Assembly: GCF_001194135.2 (NCBI RefSeq)
Contig: NC_068981.1
Span: forward strand, 192,529,101-192,593,100
From: Octopus bimaculoides
Taxonomy: Eukaryota
Reading direction: 5' to 3'
Length of the DNA: 64,000 nucleotides
The translations under genes and the position numbers were made by a program. Positions 1-11,413 of this stretch are shown here, piece after piece; position 1 is the stretch's first letter; each line of letters starts with the position of its first letter. The notes below the pieces were generated by a model. That model saw only the letters and a list, made by a program, of their open reading frames with translations, made no database searches and was not told where the DNA came from.

Positions 1-59
1 TAGTTTATCGACCTCAAAAGGATGAAAGGCAAAGTCAACCTCGGCGGAATTTGAACTCA

Positions 60-60
<1 letters not shown>
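1..60 (-). mobile_element. SINE family A fragment
   Basis: Reverse complement of ctgagttcaaattccgccgaggttgactttgcctttcatcc. Confidence 0.75.
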
Positions 61-106
<46 letters not shown>

Positions 107-836
107 GCCCTGATGTAGTACCGGGCAGTGGCTCTCATGGCTTTTGATCTTAACTGATTGGAAGTGTTATCATGTATAACACTTGGTATAAAAGATGAGC
201 TACAGCAAATATTCTGCTCAATACCATAGATTTGCTTGTCAGTCGTTTGACCTTAACCAGTTGAGCATGTCCCTTAGTGGCTGACAATATGTGCATCTCT
301 GATCAGGAGCAGAAGTAGTGGGGGAGCATCATAGCCATGTGTTGAGAGGAATTCTTTGGGGTTTGGATAATTCACCTCTGGAAACTTGGTTGTATCGTTC
401 ATCATCCTTAAACAACCCTTATTCAAGGACCTTTTGAGTGGGATGGGCTACTTGCCCTGACGAAAATTCTAACAGAGCCCCACCTGCAAGGTCATGCGCT
501 GTTTATCTTGATATGAGATGCATTTGCCTGGTGAACCCTTATCAGACGAGCAGTCATGATGGGTATAGTGGGCTTCATTTATTTTACCCCAGTGTCACTT
601 TGATGGCATGCGCTGCTCTCTCACTCAATAATAATAATAATAATAAAAATAATAATAATAATCTTTTCTGCTAGAGGCTCAAGACCTTTTTAATCTGAAA
701 GGAGTGATATAAGAGAGACTTGACTGTTGTTTCTTGCATGGCTCTTGTAGTAATTCTGTTTGTTTCCATGCACAAGAAGCTTACTAGAACTCCATGCATT
801 GTTAAGAAATATCTAATAAAATCTTATTTATTTCAG

Positions 837-932
837 ATTGCACATGTCTGCATGGTACCTGTGACAGTGGAATCCTTGGAACTGGCAAATGTGAATGTAA
901 ATCTGGATTTAAAGGCCCACTTTGTGATGAAG
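837..932 (+). CDS. Exon 1 (in window): EGF-like [31 protein letters not shown]
   Basis: tttcag|ATTG...GAAG|gtaaga; 96 nt, phase 1-1. Confidence 0.93.
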
Positions 933-949
933 GTAAGAGTTCCAGCAAT

Positions 950-1001
<52 letters not shown>

Positions 1002-1055
1002 CATACATATACATGATAAATATATGTATCATCATCATCATCATCNNNNNNNNNN

Positions 1056-1109
<54 letters not shown>

Positions 1110-1806
1110 CATAAAAATACTCCTGATGCATTGGGCAATACGATATGCTTAAGTCAAATAAAACCAATATCGTAGCTGGGGCAGGTGCCCTCAGGCTGGC
1201 TCCTGTGCTAATGGCGCGTCAAAGGCACTGTCTGAATATGGTCGAAGTCAGATTCATCAGGCTGGCTACTGAGCCGGTGGCACAGTATGTCAGTACCCCC
1301 TTCACTTAAAAGCACCATCTGAACAAGCAAGATGTATTATTAGTTTAATGCTCGGGAAAAATGAAGAAGTCTTTAACGTTTTGAACATAAGTTTTCGTAC
1401 AGAAAGGAATGAAGAGAGAAAACAGACGGAGAGTAAAAAATGGAAAGAGAAGAAACATGTCTAAATTGAAGGTGGCGAGATGGCAGAAACGTTAGCACGC
1501 CGGGCGAAATGCTTAGCGGTATTTTGTCTGCCTCTACGTTCTGAGTTCAAATTCCGCCGAGGTCGACTTTACCTTTCATTCCTTTCGGGGTCCATAAATT
1601 AAGTTATNNNNNNNNNNATTCCGCCGAGGTCGACTTTACCTTTCATTCCTTTCGGGGTCCATAAATTAAGTTATGCACTGGGGTCGATATAATCGACTTA
1701 ATCCGTTTGTCTGTCCTTGTTTGTCCCCTCTGTGTGTAGCCCCCTTGTGGGCAGTAAAGAAATAAGAAACATGTCTAAATTAACAGTTAATGCATGCTGG
1801 AGTATA

Positions 1807-1853
<47 letters not shown>

Positions 1854-2973
1854 ATGTGTGTGTGTGTGTGTGTGTGCGTGCATGTGCAAATGTAGGAGCG
1901 CATTGAAAGTGATGACGCAGATCTTCAGCTTGGTGACGAAGTGCTCTCATACATTCTCTGCAGCCTACCGAAGGCATTGCTGATTTTGAAGTTTCTGCTA
2001 TTGGTTTCTTCATCAAGGTAACCCTGTTGACTGCTTGTAGTTTTTATTCATTTACAATGATATTAATTTCTCATACAGGTTTTCTTGAACAGTCAATATG
2101 TGACTACAGTCTGCTTTGTACATATTGTGAGACCAAGAGGTTCAGACTTTACCACAATCTTCCATAAGCTGTCCCTATCTACCATGTGAAAATCCTTTGT
2201 CAGGTTGACAAACATGCACTGTAGTCACAGTGTTATTCCTGGCATTTTCCTGGGGTTGGTTTTTCTGTGAAGATCATACCCAAAATTCCAACATTGTCAC
2301 AGAAGCCACATTGATTCTCTGAGTGCAGGCCTTGTTTCAGATATTCCAGTAGAAGGCTGAGCAGGATATGAACAAGGATCTTGCTGGAAACTCTCTTGTT
2401 TGGCTTGTAAAAGCTCATTGCCAGATTGGCCAAAAGTCTCTCATTAGCTCAGTAGAGAATCCCTTACTGGTAGAAAACATTTGCTATTGGCTTGGTAGAG
2501 ATACCCTCACTATATCAATAGAAGATCTCATTGGATTAGTAGAGACGGTCATTACTGGATAGGTAAAGAATAGTCCAAAGAAACTCACTCACTATATCGA
2601 TAGAAAATCCTTCTTTGGATTAGCAGAGGCTTCTTTGTTGTGATTTCCATGGTGCCTCACTAAAGATGATTTACATTCATGTGATATCTGAATATTCGAT
2701 TTTGCTGACCCCTAAATCTCCTTAATTCTTAAACGATCAAATTGCTAAAATGATGAGAGGACATCTTATTTCTGAATTATGACATTTATTGTTGATTTTC
2801 ATAGAAATATTCAGCTGTGAGAATATACACTGTGGGAAAAATGAATCCTGTAGAGAAGATGACGAAGAAAATCCTGTTTGTAAATGTGAAAATGGTTACG
2901 AGAAAAATGAGAATGGTGAATGCCAAGGCAAGTATCAAGACGTTTATAGTTAACACACACCAGTATGCATACA

Positions 2974-3006
<33 letters not shown>

Positions 3007-3067
3007 GCATACATATACATACATATATGCATACATATACATACATATGCATACATATACACATACA

Positions 3068-3101
<34 letters not shown>

Positions 3102-6100
3102 CATATGTAAAATATTCATGACATTTTTTTATGTAATAAGATCCTCATTTGCAATACTATCCATGCCTGCGTCCACATCTGCAAGTGCACATACACATGT
3201 ATATGCATACAGGTGTATATGCATTCATGTGCACATGCATACATACATATATGTATACCTGCATACAGACATACACATCATACATACAGACACACATAAC
3301 CTCAAATATGTGGATTGAAAATCCAATCATCCAAATACAATTATAAATTCTTTAATTAGGAGTGTCTCCCTTAAATCTTTAAAATTTCAGCTACTGAAAA
3401 ATAGTTAAACAAAACGAGAACTACAACAATTTAGCTTTAACTGAAGCTGGTTACGAGGAGAAAATTCATTATATTTCAAATGGTGAGAATAAGAGTATAC
3501 ATTAATATGCAGAAGTAATGGACCGAATGAATAATGGTAGCGATCACCATAACAATAAAAATTCTTCAATAAGAAGAATAATAAGAATAAGATAATAGAT
3601 AAGTCGGTGTAGATAAAGTGATCAACGAACAAACAAAAAAAATTCTAATTAATAGAAATACTGAAATGAAGAGCAAAAGTAGCTATGTGAACCTATGTGG
3701 CAAATTTAGTATTAATAAGACCATTATAACAACCAAGCAATCTACTGATTATAATAGGGATAATTATAGTGAGGTTGATAACGATAATAATAACTGCTCT
3801 GCTGAGAACAGTTAGGGTTTTTGAGATTTATCATTTCTTAATTTATTTTCATTGCCTTTAGGTATTAATGCAAATGTTTATTTTCAGCTCAGAGTGCCTG
3901 TGCCTCCTCACCTTGTTCAGCAAATAGTAACTGTGTTGACTTAACACCAGGAAAATATGACTGTATTTGCCATGAAAACTATAAAAACATCGGCCGTCGA
4001 AGATGTGCCCCGATCAATCCTTGTGCTATGAACAATGGTGGGTGTCAGGCAGAGAACTCATATTGTGTGTTCCTTGGCCCAGGACAGGTAAGTTAATAAA
4101 TGAATATAGTTTGTCAGTCACTTTCAGATATCTTCTGCCATGTAAGACAAAATCACTAAACCTGTATAATAATCAACTTGCTTCTGTTTTTATTTCTGTA
4201 GCCGAATTAATCTGCAAAATTTCAAGACAAACAACAACTATATTGACCTCATCATCAGTAAAAAACCAATAAAAGTTATGAATAATACCCCTCAGACTAA
4301 AATGCTAAATAAAAATTATGATTTGCCTTTATAAATGAGCAAATATTTTCCTATTTATATGATCCTTTAATTACTTCTAATCCCGAACAACAGTTGGTAA
4401 CAGTTATTTTAATCCATCAAAAACAGCATTCATTTCTAGAATCGACTCAAAAGCATTTAATGGAAAGTAAGGCCATGATGCCAGCTGAGAATAGCAATGA
4501 AGAGTTAAGCCTGCATATGTTCCGATGTGCCTCAGAAATCTCTGAAATTAGCAGGTAGAAGCCGAAGTTCTTTTTTCAGAATTTCGAGGCTTATGATAAA
4601 TTTCCAGAGATATACACAGTATATATACCATACTCAGCTTAGAGGAAATTTTTTTACATTTATTCCAGGTACATTTACCGTTTATACAAGGTTATATGAT
4701 TTATTATATTAGTTTTTATATAACCTTGAATTGGTCATGTTTTCTATGAGGGAAGGTCACATTAAACAACATGTTCGTTATAGTTACTGACTTTTAAATT
4801 TCAGCATCGTTTTATTGTTGAACAACAGTCGGTTATATGTAGATCATTCATAGATTAATGTGCACTACTACTATATATGCACCATTCATGGCTTAATATG
4901 CTCTCTCATATGAGCATTACTCACAGCATAAGATGTATGACTCTATATGTATCACCTACAGACTAACATGCAACACCCCAAATACCCTGACTCAAAGCCC
5001 TGTGTACAGCACCTATAGGAACCACAGACACAAATTCAACTTTGAGAAATAAATTGCTTTTAAAATGATAATTTCCTTAGAATGGATTAGGCGGAGTAGG
5101 AAGATACACATGGATGAAAAGGGTCACTGAAGAGGTTACAGATGTGTGACGAAAGATTTCCCGACAATAGACATAAGATGAAATAAGAAAATAAGAACAA
5201 TAATGAATGAGTGAAGAATGAATATATAGTGCGTGTGTTTATTTGTCAAAAAACAAAACAAATGACCATTCTGATATATAACAATATCTGTTTCAACGCA
5301 CAATTTCACATCAGGAATCAGGCAAAGCAAATCCATAAACGTAATTTTCTTAGTCTATTCTGCTTTTTCCTCAGCAGTTGCTCAAATTTACCAAGTGTGT
5401 TTACTTTCCAGGGATTGTTCAGTTTTCGTATTTATTTTCCAGAACAATGTCCAGATTTGTATTTTACTTTCCAGAAAACGTTAATTTTTCTGTTTATTTT
5501 CCAGAGACAATGTAGATGTAACAAAGGTTATGAATGGATTGATGGAATTGGGTGCCGTCTCAAAGATCTTTGTCTTACCAACCCATACCCGTGTCATAAA
5601 TATGCCAAGTGTAAAACAATTCCACCAGAAGAATTATCGTAAGTTGAAGAGAACTATCACACACACACACACACACATACACTCTCTCTCTCTCTTACAC
5701 ACACTTTCACTTTCTCTCTCTCTCTCTCACACACACACGCTCTTTCTCTCTCTTTCTCTCTCTCACACACACACTCACTCTCTCTCTCACAAATATTCTC
5801 TCTTTCTTTCTCTCTCTCACAGAGAAACAAATAGTCTAGTTCTTTCATACAAATACAGTTTATCTCTTTCTCTATCACACACACACAGCCTCTCTCTCTC
5901 TCTCTCCCCTTCTCACACACACACACACACACATACACGTACACATACACACATACAGATATACATATGGTCAGATAACTATAGTTATAAGAACCAACAA
6001 GAGATTCACCTCATGGTCATTCTGCTCGACTCGGAGCCAAAGTTCCCTTAAAAAATCACACTACAATGTTTTACAAGAGAAAGGATACACAGGATAACAT

Positions 6101-6735
6101 AGTTTGGGGGTTTTATTCCTGAGAAAAAGGTAAAAAGAGACATAACCACAGATTGGTCCACACCATACAACTTTTTTCCTCATAACTTCCACAAAATTGC
6201 CTATTTTTTAACAAAAAATGCAGCAGTAACATTTCATGAGTGGTGATTACAAAAAAAAATTTCTGAATTGTTCTCCATTTCTTTAAGGTGTGTCTGTAAA
6301 GAGGGATATATTGGGAATGGACGTACAGAATGTATTGGAAATCTGGTCGTTGTAAGTATTTTTTCTAAAAGGTTCTTAACATTCTACAGTAATTTACGTT
6401 GTATCCTTACTACTGTCCCTTATCACCTTCTCCTCTTCTTGCTCCTTCCCGACCCCTATTTTCTTTCCTTTACTTCCCATTCTCAAACTGATATTTACTG
6501 TATCCACTTCTTAGCTGTTTAAGAATCTATAAGTTAGAAAGAAATATGCACTCATATATTTGTCAATAGAGTGGGTATATCAATCAGTATTATATCTCCA
6601 TTACGGCTGATCTTACCAATCGGTTTTGCACAGGTGGTTCAACAAGATGTTAGGTAACAACATGATTATGTAACTCTGTGCTCTCCAGAGTTGGCTGTTA
6701 TGGAAGGAAATATGGCATGTGTGTGCATGTGTACA

Positions 6736-6794
<59 letters not shown>

Positions 6795-9518
6795 AAAGTT
6801 AATATAGGCAGCAGTGTGCAATGTTTTACCAAAAAGTAAAATTATAATTGTCACAAAATATGTGCTTTGACTACAACATTAGAACATTTTAGCTTTTATT
6901 TCTTGCAATGTAGGTGTTTCTAACACCCAGTCATATTTAGTGACAATTATAGTTTACCTTTTTGGTAAAAAATTGCAGACTACTATCTATATTAGTTTTC
7001 TGTATACACATTTGTGATTTGCTAAATCATTAGAAAATTACTATTTGTAAACCTCATAATGAGAGATATTCAGCAACAGTACTTTGGAGTAAAGATTGTT
7101 TGCCAACATAACATAGTAGTCCTGGTTTAGGACGAATGTTGCTGTAATTTAGCCCCAGGAGACATCGTCTCCAGCTGGCTAACCGAACAATTATTCTGTG
7201 TTGATGAAAGGAAATAACCCGGAAATCGCAATACACAGATATTGTTTTGAGCTGAGTGGAGGTGCTAGATTCCCTTGTTCGAAAATATAAGGACACAGAT
7301 CATGTCATATAGCCAGCTGGAGACGATGTCTCCTGGGCTAAATTACAGCAACATTCATCCTAAACTAGGACTGCCATGTTATTTTGGCAAACAATCTTTA
7401 CTCGCTAAATCATCTATAGATTTTTATGTTGGAAACATATATACTGACAAAGAATTCAGTCCAGAATCAGCCAAAGTCAAGCAGTCCTTACTGACAAGGC
7501 AACGGAAATTTTCAAAACTGACCAGTCAGTATAAGGAATTCTCAATCAGTTTTTTGGGGTGATTATAGTCCCTGTCAAGATATATGTATACAATTATGTG
7601 CTTTGACCACCACAGCATTAGAGCATTTTAATTTGTATTATATATACAGGGTGTTCCAAAAGTCTCTCTGCAGTAAATATTTCATTGCAAAATAAATATT
7701 TATAAGATGGTATAAGAATAAGACTACAGAAGAATATATTAGTCTTTACAAGACTTTAAAAAACTTTATAAGAGGTGTTGAAAGTGTCGTCCTTCATTTT
7801 GAATACATAAGTTGACTCTTTTACACATGTTTTGGAGAGTCTGACATGGTATGGACCATGTGAAGGTTATGATTGCGTCTTTTAGCTCATTAATAGTTTT
7901 TGGGCGATTCTTGTACACTGATCCTTTACCTGCTCCCTAGAAAAGAAAGTCTGGCGGTGTTAAATCAGGTGATCTTGGGGGCCAAAGTCCCTTCAAAATA
8001 ATCTGTTCACCAAAAAACTCTTGAAGTAGTGCCATGGTGATGCACGAAGTATGTGCTGTAGCTCCATCTTGCTNNNNNNNNNNNNNNNNNNNNNNNNNNN
8101 NNNNNNNNNNNNNNNNNNNNNNNNNNNNNNNNNNNNNNNNNNNNNNNNNNNNNNNNNNNNNNNNNNNNNNNNNNNNNNNNNNNNNNNNNNNNNNNNNNNN
8201 NNNNNNNNNNNNNNNNNNNNNNNNNNNNNNNNNNNNNNNNNNNNNNNNNNNNNNNNNNNNNNNNNNNNNNNNNNNNNNNNNNNNNNNNNNNNNNNNNNNN
8301 NNNNNNCCCTGCTTGCGAAGACCTGTTGAGGCAAGTGAAATCAAAATCGAATCAAATTTGATGACTGGCACCCATGCCAACCTTCTTTAATTGGACACTA
8401 AACTCTTCTTGTGAAGACCTGTTGGGGCAAGTGAAATTGTAACTGAACCAAATTCGATGACTGGCACCCGTGCCAGTGGAGCGATAACAGCACCATCCGA
8501 GAGGGATCACTGCCAGAGCAGCAGTCTCGCTTCCATGCCGGTGGCATGTATTAAGCACTATTTGAGTGCGATCGTTTCCAGCTTCGCATTACTGGCACTC
8601 GTGCCGGTGGCATGTGAACAAAACATTCGAACGAGGTCGTTGCCAGCACTACTGGACTGACTCCTGTGCAGGTGGCATGTAAAAACACCATTTGAGCGTG
8701 GCCGTTGCCAGTACCACCAGACTGGCCCTCATGCTGGTGGCATGTAAAAGCACCCACTACACTTTCGGAGTTAGGAAGGGCATCCAACTGCAGAAACTCT
8801 GCCAGATCAGATTGGAACCTGGTGCAGCCATCTGGTTCACCAATCCTCAGTCAAATCGTCCAACCCATGCTAGCATGGAAAGTGGACGTTAAACGATAAT
8901 GATATATAGTTGAAATTTACAGAAAAAAAAATGACGAAAACAGGTAATAAACAACAAGCAGGTGTATTAGTTTGATGCTCAGGAAGGTGAGAAAGTCTTT
9001 TATGTTTCGAGCCTATGCTCTTTTACAGAAAGGAAAACAAGGAAATAAACAAAGAGAGAATAAAAAAACTTGTGGAGTTAGCAGTCAATAATGGCGACTG
9101 GTTGGACAAAGGTAGTTAGACAGGAGAGCTAGGAAGAAGGAGAGATGATAAAGTACATATGTATATACGTATTTATATGTGTGTGTATATGTATGTAAAT
9201 GTGCATGTATGTATATACATGTATAGATAGATATTGTAAATCTTAAATGATTTTAAAAATGATCTAACTTTTTAGCAGAATTATTATTTTTATCAATGTC
9301 ACATTGATTGTAATTATGGATTTGCTTGGGCCTCATTCCTGGCAAGTAATTCTGTTAATTCCTGCAAAATCTTATTTTAAGTGTAATAAAATCCATGTCA
9401 GATGCTAAAACACTTTGCTTTACTGTTAGAATATATATAAAAGAACATTGTAAGTAAGAGAAACGGTTTCTACATTCCAGACTTCATACTTAATCATCAT
9501 CGTCATTGTCGTCGTCAG

Positions 9519-9549
<31 letters not shown>

Positions 9550-11374
9550 GTTTAACGTCCGTTTTCCATGCTGGCATGGGATGACTGAAGTCTAGAGAGC
9601 CAGGAGGCTTCACCAGGCTCCAATCTGATCTGGTAAGGTTTCTACAGCTGGATGCCCTTCCTAACGCCAACCACTCCAAGAGTGTAGTGGGTGCTTTTTA
9701 AGTGCCACCGGCACAGGAGCCAGTCAGGTTGGCCTGGCATCAATCACATTCGGATACTGTTTTTTACATGCCACTGGCATGGGAGCCAGTCAGGGGGTAC
9801 TGGTATTGGCCACATTTGGTTGGTGCTTTTATGTGCCATCAACATGGGAGCCAGTCAGGTGGACCTGGCATCGATCACGTTTGGATGGTGTTTTTACATG
9901 CCACCGTAACAAGAGTCAGTCAGGGAGCACTGGCCATAGCTACAATTTTGGTTTTACTTGACTCAACAGGTCTTCTCAAGCATATCATATCGCCCGATGC
10001 ATCAAGGGCACTCTTAAATGGGCCGGACATGCAACAGTAGCATCGGCCATGGCTGCGATCTCACTTTAGTTACCAGGTCTTCTTAATCACAGCATATTTC
10101 CAAAGGTTTCTGCTTCCTGTCATTGACTCTGTGAGGTCCAATGTTCCAAGGTCATGCTTCACCACCTCATCCCATATGTTCCTGGGTCTACCTCTTCCAC
10201 AGGTTCCTTCCACAGGTTCCTTCCATAGGTTCCTTCCACAGGTTCCTTCCACAGTTAGGGTGTGGCACTTCCTCACACAGCTGTCCTCATCCATACACAA
10301 CACATGACCATACCTATGCAGTCGTCTCTCTTACACACTACATTTGATGCTTCTTATGTACAACTTTTCTCTCAGGGTACTTACACTCTGTCATGTCTGT
10401 ACACTGACATTACACATTCAGTGAATCATACTAGCTTCATTTCTTTCAAGCCTACACATGTCCTCAGCAGTCATGGCCCATGTTTCACTGCCATGTAGCA
10501 TGGCAGTTTGCATACATGCATCATACAGTCTACCTTTTATCCTGAGTGAGAGGCCCTTAGTTGCCAGTAGAGGTAGGAGCTCCCTGAACTTTGCCCAACC
10601 TATTCTTATTCTAGCGGCTACACTCTCAGAGTAACCATCCCCACTACAGACTTGGTTGCCTAGGTAGTGGAAGCTATCAACTACTTCTAGTTTTTCCCCT
10701 TTGCATGTAATAGAATCTTCTGTGTTTATTGCCCCTTTGCATCTGCCACACACAAAAACTATCTTCCCAGTTAACCTTCTATGATAATAATGAAATCTGC
10801 CTTAATACCTTAACACTGACCATATCTACACACTTAGTTTGTCTACAGAACCTATTTAGTTGTAATACACTCTATAACAGATTGCCTTGTTATTTTTATC
10901 ATCGTTGTTGTCGCCATCATCATAATTGCCAACATTGTTGTTGTCGTCGTCCTCCCCCATCTTCACCTCCCTATCATCATCAACATCATCAGCTTTTAAT
11001 GTCCATCTTACATGCTGACATGGGATGAACTGAGAGGATCTGATGAAATCCTCTTGGGCAATCCCTCAGGTTGATTCTCTTGAGTGGATTTGGCTGAAGA
11101 GAACTTAAAGGAGTCTGTTGTGGATACATGTTCGTGCATGTATATTTGTGTGTGTGTGAACACACGCATCTGTGCTTCTTTGCTTTGACATTGTATGATA
11201 GTTGTAAACGAGTATCACATGGAGAAATAATAGCTTGCTTGGAAAAAGATAAGGGTTGACAACAAGAAGGGCATCAGGCCATAGAAAGATTTGCCTCAAC
11301 AGATTCCATCTAACTCATGCAAGCATGGAAAGCGGACGTTAAAACAATGATGGTGATGAAGACGGTAATGGTGG

Positions 11375-11413
<39 letters not shown>

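Noticed and set aside
1548-1675. Direct duplication of ~60 bp inside the family A SINE
   Set aside because: The two copies are identical and separated by a 10-N gap, typical of an unmerged contig overlap.
2079-2167. Cys-containing frame after a CAG acceptor as a possible extra exon
   Set aside because: It hits a stop with no suitable donor, is not EGF-patterned, and is antisense to the RTE remnant.
5211-5504. Upstream part of the 143-aa ORF as a longer exon 4
   Set aside because: Low-complexity intronic sequence. Only the region after the acceptors is EGF-like; the in-frame acceptor options are reported separately.
8440-8760. Regularly spaced ~62-bp repeats that superficially resemble a CRISPR array
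   Set aside because: Eukaryotic intron, whole units are homologous (no unique spacers), no cas genes, and it is part of a LINE 3' UTR.
10195-10254. 13-bp tandem repeat (ttccacaggttcc) about 4.5 times
   Set aside because: Slippage expansion inside a dead LINE ORF; no independent function evident.
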